A stretch of 64,000 bases of DNA from positions 1,220,030 to 1,284,029 of the forward strand of contig CBDCXL010000002.1 in assembly GCA_965223795.1 (NCBI GenBank). Reading direction: 5' to 3'. A program made the position numbers and the translations under genes. Position 1 is the first letter of the stretch. Each line of letters opens with the position of its first letter. Origin of the DNA: Nitrospinales bacterium (lineage in GTDB: Bacteria > Nitrospinota > Nitrospinia > Nitrospinales > VA-1). Positions 26,892 through 36,062 of this stretch are shown piece after piece. The notes under the pieces are model-generated. The model searched no databases and was not told the origin of the DNA. It saw nothing but the letters and a program-made list of their open reading frames with translations.

Positions 26892-26989
26892 CGTGACGCC
26901 CCCGCCGTAATCGAAAAAGATGCAATTAAGCATTGAGGGTGAAGAACGATTTGGGTAGCATGAAGTAGGACCTGCAAACGAGACCCGCC

Positions 26990-27289
26990 ATGAACGAAGA
27001 ACAATCCAACCCCACGCCTGAACCGCAGGAAGCCGCGGACACGCCGCAAACGCCTGCGGAGCCTGTCGAGACCGGAGACGCCGCGTCCGCCAGCGATCCC
27101 CACACGCACGAGATCGACCTCAACCCGCTGTTTCCCGGTGAGGACAAGGACCTGAACGCGCTGTTTCCGGACCAGGAGATGAAACAGTTCTTAAAAAGCC
27201 TGAGCCGCAATAAGAAGGATCTGTCGGCGCTCAACGAACGCTTCATCCAGGAAAACCAGCGCGACGAAACTCCGGAAGAATCCATTTGA
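26990..27289 (+). CDS. Hypothetical acidic protein
   Basis: 99 aa, Pro/Glu-rich N-terminus and internal LNPLFPGED / LNALFPDQE repeat. Codon usage looks native. No homology recognised. Confidence 0.4.
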   Translation: MNEEQSNPTPEPQEAADTPQTPAEPVETGDAASASDPHTHEIDLNPLFPGEDKDLNALFPDQEMKQFLKSLSRNKKDLSALNERFIQENQRDETPEESI

Positions 27290-27375
27290 CGGCAACCGCA
27301 GGCTCGCGGTGACACTCATGCCTGCGATGCGGCAGGGGTGCGTGCATTGTACGGAGATTGGCGTTGCGTTGCGGA

Positions 27376-28176
27376 TCAGAGTTCGTGCTGCGGGACTTTC
27401 GGCGGGTGCGCCGGAGGCGGCTGACGGGGAGCGTAGTCGCGCTGGGAATGCGAAGAAGGGCTTTTTTTCCTTTTGATCACGGCGATGACGTTGGTGATGT
27501 GATCGTAGCCCATCTGATCCCTGAGCTCGGCGAAGGTCTCCTGGGCGTGGGTGAAGTTTTCCAGCGCCAGAGGCAGCTCTTCGGTTTTCCAGTAGAACTG
27601 GCCGATCGCTTCGTACACCTTGGCGCGGTCGCGGTGCACGGGCGCTTTCGCAATGGCCGTCTGCGCTTTCTGATACCACTCTTTGGCGGGAGCCCTCTGG
27701 TCCAGGCTCATGTATAAATCGCCAATGTCCTTGAGGGCCCGGCCTTCTCCCAGAGAGTCCTGATTCTGCGTGTGGAATTTCACCGCTTCCTTATAACTGG
27801 TTTCCGCTTCTTCGGGTTCGTTGGCGAATTTATAGAGATCGCCCAGCGATTCGTAGGTCTTCGCCACGCGTTTGAAATTTTTTCGGGCTTCAAAAAGCAC
27901 GATGGCTTTGCGGTAGTTGTCCGCGCCCTTGGCGAACTCGTGGTAAAAATAATTCTCCGAAGCTTGCTGCAGAAGTTTTGTCGCCTCGTCTTCCTTCTCC
28001 ATCGGCGGCGAGTACAATTCTCCGGGTTCCTGGCCGTGGCTGGAAGCCAGGGATTCGCCCTCGCTTTCGATCAGACCGGACTTGTTGATCCAAACGGACA
28101 CGCCGATCATCAGAAGCAGGCAGGTCATGAGGATGATTCTGAAAGGCGTGAATTTGCGGAAGGGGTTGTTCGCCAC
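27376..28176 (-). CDS. Membrane-anchored TPR-repeat protein
   Basis: 266 aa. N-terminal TM (FRIILMTCLLLMIGVSVWI), then several TPR-like units (AKTYESLGDLYKF, ALKDIGDLYMSL, AKVYEAIGQFYWK). Confidence 0.65.
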   Translation of the reverse strand: MANNPFRKFTPFRIILMTCLLLMIGVSVWINKSGLIESEGESLASSHGQEPGELYSPPMEKEDEATKLLQQASENYFYHEFAKGADNYRKAIVLFEARKNFKRVAKTYESLGDLYKFANEPEEAETSYKEAVKFHTQNQDSLGEGRALKDIGDLYMSLDQRAPAKEWYQKAQTAIAKAPVHRDRAKVYEAIGQFYWKTEELPLALENFTHAQETFAELRDQMGYDHITNVIAVIKRKKSPSSHSQRDYAPRQPPPAHPPKVPQHEL

Positions 28177-28250
28177 GGTGGTTCCCTCGTCGAGAATTCT
28201 CGATCTCAGTATACACCAAATCGGGCGCGGGGCTGGAACGGGATGCCGGT

Positions 28251-29246
28251 TTATTGTGTTTCCACGCGCAGCCCGCGGCTCACGAATTTGAAATCGAGAA
28301 CGTTTCCCCCCTGATTTTTAAGGGCGTCCTCCACGGCCGCCTTGCGGCCTTGTTTCACGATGAAAGCGACGCAGCCGCCGCCCCCGGCGCCGCAGACCTT
28401 GCCGGCAAGAGCGCCGTTTTTCTCCGCGGCGCGGAACAGGCGGTCCATGTGAGGCGTGCGGATTCCGGGCGCGAGGGCCTTTCGGGCCCGCCATTCCTCG
28501 GCGAACAGCGGAGCGATGCGGTCCCAGCTGGCGGCGCCGGAAAACGCCCGCCGCATTTTTTTGGCGATGGTTTGAATCGCTTCCAGGTGCCCGCGGGTTT
28601 TGCCGTTGCCGTCGATGATTTTTTTCGTCACGTCCCAGTTGTTGATGCCGGAATTGCGCGGTTCGCCCGTATAGCACAGCACGAAACGGCGGTTCATTTC
28701 TTTGCGGTCGGTCTTCACACGCTCAAACTCCACGCCCGCCAGGCCGGGCTCCACGGCCAGGGTGCCGCCGTGCGCGGCGGGGAAATAATCCTGCCAGCCT
28801 GCGGGGACGGCGATGACCTGGGTCTCGATGTCGCGGGCGAGATGAATCATGTGGTCTTTGGACGTGCGTTTGTTCACGAACGCCTGAATCGCGCCGTGCA
28901 GGGCGATGCTCAATGCGGAGGAACCGCCGATTCCGGATCCTTTGGGCGCCTGGCACCGGGTCACGAGGTGGAGTCCCTTGCCGGGCCGGTAATGCCTGAG
29001 TGTGCGCACGATCAGATCGAGCGTGTGGTTTTGCGGCAGGGCGTCGATCGAGGCGAATTGTTTTTTCAGATTGAGGTCTTTCGACTCGATGACGATTTTT
29101 TTATCCTTGCGGGCGGTGATCTCCACGGTGGCGTACAGGTTGATCGCCGTGTTCAGTGTGGGAGCCTGATAAAAAAGATAGAGGGGCCAGATGTCGAGGG
29201 TGCCCCCGGCCAGGTCGATGCGGGTGGGGGCGGAACTTCGTATCAT
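28251..29246 (-). CDS. GHMP family sugar/small-molecule kinase
   Basis: Trimmed to ATG 29246 (MIRSSAPTRIDLAGG). GHMP motif II PKGSGIGGSSALSIAL. C-terminal GAGGGGC. Confidence 0.8.
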   Translation of the reverse strand: MIRSSAPTRIDLAGGTLDIWPLYLFYQAPTLNTAINLYATVEITARKDKKIVIESKDLNLKKQFASIDALPQNHTLDLIVRTLRHYRPGKGLHLVTRCQAPKGSGIGGSSALSIALHGAIQAFVNKRTSKDHMIHLARDIETQVIAVPAGWQDYFPAAHGGTLAVEPGLAGVEFERVKTDRKEMNRRFVLCYTGEPRNSGINNWDVTKKIIDGNGKTRGHLEAIQTIAKKMRRAFSGAASWDRIAPLFAEEWRARKALAPGIRTPHMDRLFRAAEKNGALAGKVCGAGGGGCVAFIVKQGRKAAVEDALKNQGGNVLDFKFVSRGLRVETQ

Positions 29247-29336
29247 AGGAATCAAAAGGGAGGAAAACCCTCCCGGAAGCGGCGGCAACGGCCGGTTCCG
29301 GGATTCAGGGTCGATTCGGGAATTTTCAGATACCGC

Positions 29337-30005
29337 TCAAAGCTTTTCGGAAACCTCTTCTCCGTTGTTGGTTTCGATTTCGCTGATCTTGGCGGTCAGC
29401 TTCTCCACCAGCTTCTGGTAGGAATGCTTGCGGATGATCTTGGAAAACTGCGACCGGTAGTTGCGGATCATGCTGACGCCTTCGACGATGAAATCGTAGA
29501 CCAGCCACTGCCCTTTATCCTGGATCAGCTTGTAATCGACGCCGATGGTGCTGTCCTTGCGCACGATTTCGGTTTTGACCAGGGCGTATTTCCCTTTCAC
29601 GACTTCATCGATGTAATTGATCTTTTCGTTGCTGTAGGATTCGATCTTGCTGGCGTACGAGTTTTCCAGCAGTTTTTTGAACAGAGCGATGAACTCTTCG
29701 CGTTCCTGCGGGGTGCGGTCGTTCCAGGCCTTGGCCAGCGAACGCATCACCATCTGCTGGTAGTTGAACCGCTTCTCGATCGCACCGCGGATCTTGTCGC
29801 GCCGCGCAGCGTGCTTGTCTTTGAGCGTATCATCGCTGACGATCGAGATGACTTCGTCGATCGTGGACTTCAGATCCGCGGTGATCTCGGTTCCGGCGGC
29901 AAACGACTGTCCTGCGCATAACAGCAACCCCATCAACACACAAGTGATCACGCCGACACGCACCTGTTTTAAGATCATGCCAAGGTCTCCAAATTGTTTT
30001 TTCAT
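29337..30005 (-). CDS. mlaC: Phospholipid-binding protein MlaC (Ttg2D family)
   Basis: Trimmed to ATG 30005. Signal peptide. Position directly after mlaD. Pattern RFNYQQMVMRSLAKAW...F..LL is typical of the toluene-tolerance Ttg2D family. Confidence 0.8.
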   Translation of the reverse strand: MKKQFGDLGMILKQVRVGVITCVLMGLLLCAGQSFAAGTEITADLKSTIDEVISIVSDDTLKDKHAARRDKIRGAIEKRFNYQQMVMRSLAKAWNDRTPQEREEFIALFKKLLENSYASKIESYSNEKINYIDEVVKGKYALVKTEIVRKDSTIGVDYKLIQDKGQWLVYDFIVEGVSMIRNYRSQFSKIIRKHSYQKLVEKLTAKISEIETNNGEEVSEKL

Positions 30006-30009
30006 ATTT

Positions 30010-30450
30010 TTACACCTTACCAAAGATAAATTCACTTATCAAATTTTCCAAATCGATAACGGATTCGGTCTCCATCATGACGTCGCCGGGCTGGACGTTA
30101 TCCGGGGAACCGCCTGGAGACACGTTGACCATTTTGGCGCCGATCAGACCGCGCGTTTTCACCGACACGATGGAGTCGTCGGGCAGCTCGATTTCCTTAC
30201 GCAATCTCAGCTCGACACGGGCCATGCCGTCGACGAGGGAAATCGTGCCGACGCTGCCGATGTTGACGCCGGCGATTTCGATGTCCGCATTCTCACGCAG
30301 TCCGGCGATGGAGCTGAAGTCCGCGTACACCGAGTAATGATTGCTCCCCAGGATCTCCTTCTTGCCGAGCTTGAAGGACAGGTAGCCCAGGCAGACGATG
30401 CCCACCACCGCAAATATGCCCACCGCTGTTTCAAGCGTGAATCGATTCAT
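30010..30450 (-). CDS. mlaD: MCE-domain protein MlaD
   Basis: Trimmed to ATG 30450 (MNRFTLE). N-terminal TM plus MCE domain (Y.V.A.F....GL......V...GV.IG.V). Confidence 0.85.
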   Translation of the reverse strand: MNRFTLETAVGIFAVVGIVCLGYLSFKLGKKEILGSNHYSVYADFSSIAGLRENADIEIAGVNIGSVGTISLVDGMARVELRLRKEIELPDDSIVSVKTRGLIGAKMVNVSPGGSPDNVQPGDVMMETESVIDLENLISEFIFGKV

Positions 30451-30510
30451 GCGCCGCCCCCTCATTCACTGTCTGTTTACACCCGATGATTTAAAACTGC
30501 CGTCCGTCTC

Positions 30511-31257
30511 TCAGTTGACGCTGATGGGGCCTTCGATCTCCCCTTTCAAAAACTGCTGCACTCCCGGATCGCGGGACTGCTGAAACTCTTCCGCGGTGCC
30601 TTCCTCGACGATGACGCCGCCGTTCAGCATGACGACGAAATCGCTGATCTCGAACACATCGGGAATGTCGTGGCTGACGACCACCGCCGTGCATTTCACC
30701 CGCCGCTGCGTGTCGTAGATCAGCTGGTGGATGGCTTTTTTCATGATCGGATCGAGCCCGGTCGTCGGTTCGTCGAACAGCACGATCTCGGGCTGCATGA
30801 TCAGCGCCCGCGCCAGCCCCACGCGCTTGCGCATGCCGCCGCTCAACTGCGAGGGGAACTTGTCGTTCATGCCGACGATGCCGACGTTTCTGAGTTCGTT
30901 TTCGACCCGCTCCCTGATTTCGGGACGCGACAACCGGGTTTTCTCTTGCAAAGGAAACGCGACGTTTTCGAACACGGTCATCGAATCGAGCAGCGCCGCT
31001 CCCTGAAACAGCATGCCGAATTTGTTCCTCAGCTCGTTGAGCCCGCGGCTGTTCAGGCCGGTGATGTCCACGTCGTCGATCCACAGCCCGCCCGAATCGG
31101 GTTTCAAAAGACCGATGATGTGCTTGAGCAGGACGGTCTTGCCGCAGCCGCTGCGCCCGACGATGGTGGTGATCTTGTTGTCGGGGATGTCGAGCTTGAC
31201 GCCGCGCAGCACTTCCTGCTGCATGAAATTTTTTTTCAGGTCCCTTATTTTAATCAT
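30511..31257 (-). CDS. mlaF: ABC transporter ATP-binding protein MlaF
   Basis: Trimmed to ATG 31257 (MIKIRDL). Walker A GRSGCGKT, signature LSGGMRKRVGLARAL, Walker B LFDEPTTGLD. Confidence 0.9.
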   Translation of the reverse strand: MIKIRDLKKNFMQQEVLRGVKLDIPDNKITTIVGRSGCGKTVLLKHIIGLLKPDSGGLWIDDVDITGLNSRGLNELRNKFGMLFQGAALLDSMTVFENVAFPLQEKTRLSRPEIRERVENELRNVGIVGMNDKFPSQLSGGMRKRVGLARALIMQPEIVLFDEPTTGLDPIMKKAIHQLIYDTQRRVKCTAVVVSHDIPDVFEISDFVVMLNGGVIVEEGTAEEFQQSRDPGVQQFLKGEIEGPISVN

Positions 31258-31350
31258 GAATTCGCTTGAAAATTCCCAGGTTGTGACGCCGCTCACAACT
31301 TTTTCCGTGCTTATCAAGTCCTGGCAACAGCCGTTTCCTTACGCCCGGGC

Positions 31351-32133
31351 TCAAACCAGGACCGTGGTGATGAAATAATTCCAGATCAGCACGCTGACCG
31401 ACGACACCACGACCGCCGTGGTGGTGGCGTGGCCGACGCCTTCGGCGCCCTGGCCGCTGTACACGTTGGTGTAGAACCCCTCGAAACAGCACACCCAGCT
31501 GATGACGAGAGCGAACGTCACGGATTTCACGATGCCGGCGTACACGTCGTCCCAGCCGACGCTCGATTCCATGCTGCCGGTGAAATCGCCGGCGCTCACG
31601 CCCAGCATCTTCACGCCGGTGATGTAGCCGCCGGTGATCCCGACCACGTCGAAGATCGCCGTCAACAGCGGCACGCAGAACAGCGCCGCCAGCACTTTCG
31701 GGACCACCACGTATTTCATCGGATTGAGCGCCATGGTGTCGAGGGCGTCGAGCTGCTCGGAGATGCGCATGATGCCGATCTCCGCGGCGATGGCGGAGCC
31801 GGCCCGGCCGGTCACCATGAGCGCGGAGAGCACCGGGCCAAGCTGCTGCACCAGGGTCCAGGCCACCATGGCCCCGAGCTGGCTTTCGGAACCGTAGTCG
31901 CTCAGGATGCTGAACCCGGCCACTCCCAGCACCATGCCGGTGAAGGACGCGGTCAGGATGATGATCATGAGCGAGCGCACGCCGATGAAATGGATCTGCT
32001 TGATCAGCTCGCGAAACAGCACCGGCGGCCGGAACGCCCAAAGGAGGGTGCTGCCCAGAAACAGGAACTGGCAGCCCAGCCGTTCCAGAAAATAGACTCC
32101 CCAGGCCCCCCAGCGCTGAATGAGATGCGTCAT
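31351..32133 (-). CDS. mlaE: ABC transporter permease MlaE
   Basis: 260 aa polytopic protein with MlaE-type blocks (ELGPVLSALMVTGRAGSAIAAEIG, EQLDAL). First gene of the mlaEFDC order. Confidence 0.9.
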   Translation of the reverse strand: MTHLIQRWGAWGVYFLERLGCQFLFLGSTLLWAFRPPVLFRELIKQIHFIGVRSLMIIILTASFTGMVLGVAGFSILSDYGSESQLGAMVAWTLVQQLGPVLSALMVTGRAGSAIAAEIGIMRISEQLDALDTMALNPMKYVVVPKVLAALFCVPLLTAIFDVVGITGGYITGVKMLGVSAGDFTGSMESSVGWDDVYAGIVKSVTFALVISWVCCFEGFYTNVYSGQGAEGVGHATTTAVVVSSVSVLIWNYFITTVLV

Positions 32134-32538
32134 CGCACGCGGCCCGCATCCATACCCCCGGCAGACACTAAGCTGGGTGCGGCTTCTCTGAGGCAGGCTC
32201 GGAGGGGTGAGGTCATCAACTGGAATTCAACTCTAATTGGCGAACCTTGCCTCCCGGCATGGGTGTGCGGGTTCGCGAGGCGGAACGGGCTCTGGTTTCA
32301 GAATGCGATCGCTGAAGAAAGTTCGAAATTCCCTGGAAAATGGGAATTTACCGTGACCCGAAAGGGTTTCTCACGCCCGATCGGGGTTCCCGGAAGTTAT
32401 CACGAAAGGACAGGAGAGTCAACACGATTCCCCAAACGGAACTTCCGCAAACCATTCAGTTTAAAGGGATAACACAACCCGGCCGGAATTGCCCGAAAAC
32501 GTCCCGGCGGTTAAATTTAAACAAATTTTGCGATATTG

Positions 32539-32567
32539 TTGACAACTCCTCCATTGTTTAATATATT
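32539..32567 (+). promoter_or_regulatory. Sigma70-type promoter upstream of the first DUF799-like lipoprotein gene
   Basis: TTGACA (32539-32544) N17 TATATT (32562-32567), about 70 nt upstream of ATG 32639 in an AT-rich patch. Confidence 0.45.
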
Positions 32568-32638
32568 GAAATTTCTCAACTAATAAATTTGAGCTTTCAA
32601 TTTCAACGTTTTTTTCGCTGTTCGAACGGGCCGCTTTC

Positions 32639-33580
32639 ATGATGCGTGGAACGCACTATTTGCGCTGGGCCGCCCTGGGCTTTTTGGCGTTTTTTATCGT
32701 ATCGGGATGCGGATCCGCCAAAGTCCGGGTGAGCCAAAAATCGGACCAACCCACCACCTTTCCCAAAAAAGTGGCGGTGCTGCCCTTCACGGTGGAGCCC
32801 AACATCCAGGAAGAAGAATTCCCCCACATTATTTTCCGCGAAGTGTTTTTCAATAATTTCAGCTACCTCGGCTTCACCGATATGCCGCTGGACGAAGTGG
32901 ATCAAAGGCTGTACAACGCGGGCGTTCCTCCGGAAAACGCGGCCAAGCTCAGGCCCCGGGAGCTCAGACGGATCTTCGGCGTGGACGCGGTGATCCGGGG
33001 CCATGTGCTGGAGGCCAACAATTTCACCGGCGGCATCCACGCGGAAACGCTCATCGGCGCGCGTCTCGAAATGCTCGATCTGACCACCGGGGAATCCCTC
33101 TGGGAAGTGGAGCACACGGAAGTCAGCTATTCGGGCATCGCCACACCCACGATCGTCGACATCATTCAAGAGCAGATGGAGAACGTCAAGGTGCAGCAGG
33201 CGTATTACAAAACGGCGGAGATGTTCTGCCAGAAAATCCTGAAGCAGATTCCCGATCCGGCGCACACGCGTCTGGATGAAGTCCAGCCGCCGCTGATCAA
33301 AAGCATCGAAACCAACATCCGCCCCAACAAGGAACTGAAGGCGAACGACCTGATCCGCGTGATCCTCCGGGGCCAGCCGGGCCTGACCGCGAGCTTCGAC
33401 ATCGGCAGCTGGCGGACGAGCATTCCCATGGAGGAGGTCGCCGTCGGCGTGTATTCGGGCAGCTACCGCATCAAGAAGGGGGACCAGGTGGCGAGTGCGT
33501 TCATCATCGGCACGCTTAAAAACAAACGCGGGCTGGCGAGCAAAAAATACTACAAGGCCGTGATGGCCACCATCCATTGA
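32639..33580 (+). CDS. DUF799 (GNA1162)-like lipoprotein
   Basis: Lipobox FIVSGC. VAVLPF..., FGVDAVIRGHV and LDLTTGESLWE blocks match my recollection of the DUF799 pattern. Extra C-terminal beta-rich domain. Confidence 0.65.
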   Translation: MMRGTHYLRWAALGFLAFFIVSGCGSAKVRVSQKSDQPTTFPKKVAVLPFTVEPNIQEEEFPHIIFREVFFNNFSYLGFTDMPLDEVDQRLYNAGVPPENAAKLRPRELRRIFGVDAVIRGHVLEANNFTGGIHAETLIGARLEMLDLTTGESLWEVEHTEVSYSGIATPTIVDIIQEQMENVKVQQAYYKTAEMFCQKILKQIPDPAHTRLDEVQPPLIKSIETNIRPNKELKANDLIRVILRGQPGLTASFDIGSWRTSIPMEEVAVGVYSGSYRIKKGDQVASAFIIGTLKNKRGLASKKYYKAVMATIH

Positions 33581-33589
33581 CGAGGATCG

Positions 33590-34858
33590 ATGACTTTTTC
33601 TGATTTTTGGCGCAGACAACACGGCACTTTCCCATTCGGCAGCATCGCGAAACGCGCGGTGTGGATCGCGATCGTTTCCTTCGGCCTGTTCGCCTGCTCC
33701 AGCGACCTGCAAACCAAAGTCTCCGGAAATCTCAACGCGCTTTCCGGCGAGCAGATCGTCGCCATCCTGCCGGTGGAGGTGGCGGACCACTCACCCCGGG
33801 ACGCGGCCAACCTGTTTAGGCAGGTGCTGCACTCCAAACTCAAGCAAACGCATTTTGAAATACTGGAACCCTACGTGGTGGACGGCCTGCTCCGAAAAAA
33901 CGGCCTCACGGAACCGGCGAAATACCCCACGGTCAATCCGATGCATCTGGGCGAAGTGCTGGGCGCGGACGTGGTCCTCATCAGCCGTTTGAACAAGGTC
34001 GAGCGGTCGTATTTTCTGGTGCACTCGTCCATCAAGCTCAGCATTTCGGTGCAGATGGTGGACACGCGCTCGGGTGAGATCCTGTGGCGGGCGGAGCAGA
34101 CCGAAACCGATTACCAGGGGTTCTGGAAGATCCCCACGGGTGTCGCTTCGGCTGTGGTGGGACCGTTCTATTTCGTGACCAACAAGCTGAGTTTGAACCG
34201 CATCACCACGAAGATGGTGGACAAGCTGACGGATGTGGTGAAGCACCCCGGACGCGCGGGCAAGGACAAGACCTTCGCCAAACCGCTGATCGCCTCGGCG
34301 GCGGCGCGGGACATTCAGCGCGTCGAAAAAGCCCAGCAGGTGCGGGCGAAGTGGGCCGGCCAGCTTTTCGAAGACGCGGAATCGATCTGGTCGCGCGATT
34401 CCCTGGCGGCCATCCACGGAGCGCCCAAGCCCAAGGTTCAGCCCGTCACCCTGACGGCGAGCTACCAGCCGGAGCCGCAGTACCCCGTGCCGGGACTGTC
34501 GCAGACGCTGGAGATTCCGATCGACATCACGCCGAACCCGACCGAACCGGCGGACGCCGTTAAGAAATTGCCGGAGACCGCAGCGCGGGCGAAGCCGAAG
34601 CGCGAAAAAACACCGCGGGTGTACACGGTCCAGGTGGGCGCCTACCGCACGCGGGCGCTCGCGGAGAAGCTGGTTGCGCGGCTGGTCGGCAAGGGGTATC
34701 AGGCTTTCATGACCGAGCCGACGCCAAAGAAAAAAACCATCCTGTACCGGGTGCGCGTCGATCTGTTCCCGAACAAAAAAGGCGCGGCACAGCTCGCGAA
34801 AAAACTGCGCTCCAGGGAGCATCTGAAAAATTTCGTCACCACCCTCAGCGCGCTTTGA
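33590..34858 (+). CDS. DUF799-like lipoprotein fused to a C-terminal SPOR domain
   Basis: Lipobox GLFAC. The N-domain is paralogous to 38942..39865 (shared MVDTRSGEILW, KIPTG.ASAV). C-terminal YTVQVGAYRTRALAEKLVARLVGKGYQAF...YRVRV is SPOR-like. Confidence 0.7.
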   Translation: MTFSDFWRRQHGTFPFGSIAKRAVWIAIVSFGLFACSSDLQTKVSGNLNALSGEQIVAILPVEVADHSPRDAANLFRQVLHSKLKQTHFEILEPYVVDGLLRKNGLTEPAKYPTVNPMHLGEVLGADVVLISRLNKVERSYFLVHSSIKLSISVQMVDTRSGEILWRAEQTETDYQGFWKIPTGVASAVVGPFYFVTNKLSLNRITTKMVDKLTDVVKHPGRAGKDKTFAKPLIASAAARDIQRVEKAQQVRAKWAGQLFEDAESIWSRDSLAAIHGAPKPKVQPVTLTASYQPEPQYPVPGLSQTLEIPIDITPNPTEPADAVKKLPETAARAKPKREKTPRVYTVQVGAYRTRALAEKLVARLVGKGYQAFMTEPTPKKKTILYRVRVDLFPNKKGAAQLAKKLRSREHLKNFVTTLSAL

Positions 34859-34888
34859 AATTTCCCCTGCGCGTCTCTGCCTCCCGAT

Positions 34889-36043
34889 TCAACCGCCGCT
34901 GAGCCAGCGGTCCACGATCCCGAAAAAACGCCCGACCTCTTCCTCGCTGTTGTAAAAATGCGGCGACAGGCGCACGTTGCCGTCGCGCACGGTGAACACC
35001 ACATGGTTCGCCTGCATGTGGCCGGAGAAAGCGCGCAGACGTTCGGGTTTAAGCGTGAAGACGACGCTGCCCGAGCGTTCTTTCTCCACTGTTGAACTGA
35101 GCACTTCGATGCCGCGCTCGGCGAGCCCTGCGAGAAGGGCGTCGCCCAGCTTGAGGATGCGCCTGGCGACGGCGTCCATGCCCGCTTCGTGAAACAGCGA
35201 CAGCGCCGCGCCGAGGGCGTGGATGCTGAGCGTGTTGAAGCTGCCTTCCTCGAATTTTTTCGCGTCGGGACGCAGGGTGAAATCGATGCTGGAAAAATCG
35301 TGCGCGTTCACGACGCTGTCCCAGCCGACGTTGACGGGATGGATTCGATCCATCACCTCTGCAGAAACGTAAAGCCCGCCCAGCCCTTCGACGCTGAGCA
35401 GCCATTTGTGGCCGTCCGCGGCGAGACAGTCGATGTTGTCTTTTTTCACGTCCATGGGAAACACGCCCAGGCTCTGGATGGCGTCGACGCAGAACAGGAT
35501 GCCCCTCTCTTTACAGAACGCGCCGAGGCGGCCGAGGTCGTTGCGGAAGCCGCTGGCGTATTCGACGGAGCTGATCGTCAGCACCCGCGTGCGTTCGTCC
35601 ACGGCCGCTTCGATGTCGTCAAACAGCACGCGCCCCTCGCGAGCCGGAACGAAGCGGGTGTCGACGCCGCGGCGCTTGAGGTTGAGCCAGGGGTAGACAT
35701 TGGCGGGAAATTCGATGTCGGGCACGACGACGTTGTCGCCCTCTTTCCAGTCCAGCCCGTTGGCCACGAAGGACAGCCCTTCGGAGGTGTTCTTGACGAA
35801 CGCCACCTCCTTCGCATCGGCGTGGATCAGGCGGGCGAAGCTTTCACGCACGGATTCGACGTGCCGCATCCAGTGTTCGTAGCTGGCGGTGCCGTTTTCG
35901 GACGCGTCGGCCGCGAACGCCTCGACGGCCTGGCGCACGCGCAGGGGCAGCGGGGCGACGCGGGCGTGGTCGAAAAAGATGCGGTTCTGCGTGACGGGGA
36001 ACTCGCGGCGGATGCGTTCGGGCTGAAGGAGCGGGAGGTTCAT
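34889..36043 (-). CDS. Class V aminotransferase-fold PLP enzyme (cysteine desulfurase-like)
   Basis: 384 aa with the DAIQSLG...ADGHKWL PLP-lysine region. Lies 19 nt downstream of dinB. Confidence 0.85.
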   Translation of the reverse strand: MNLPLLQPERIRREFPVTQNRIFFDHARVAPLPLRVRQAVEAFAADASENGTASYEHWMRHVESVRESFARLIHADAKEVAFVKNTSEGLSFVANGLDWKEGDNVVVPDIEFPANVYPWLNLKRRGVDTRFVPAREGRVLFDDIEAAVDERTRVLTISSVEYASGFRNDLGRLGAFCKERGILFCVDAIQSLGVFPMDVKKDNIDCLAADGHKWLLSVEGLGGLYVSAEVMDRIHPVNVGWDSVVNAHDFSSIDFTLRPDAKKFEEGSFNTLSIHALGAALSLFHEAGMDAVARRILKLGDALLAGLAERGIEVLSSTVEKERSGSVVFTLKPERLRAFSGHMQANHVVFTVRDGNVRLSPHFYNSEEEVGRFFGIVDRWLSGG

Positions 36044-36062
36044 CGTTTCAAATCAACTTGCC

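Noticed and set aside
32255-32300. tRNA-like T-loop string (GCGGGTTCGCGAGG) in the mlaE upstream gap
   Set aside because: No acceptor stem, anticodon arm or D-arm can be built around it, and the canonical GGTTCGAATCC context is absent. I found no tRNA anywhere in the window.
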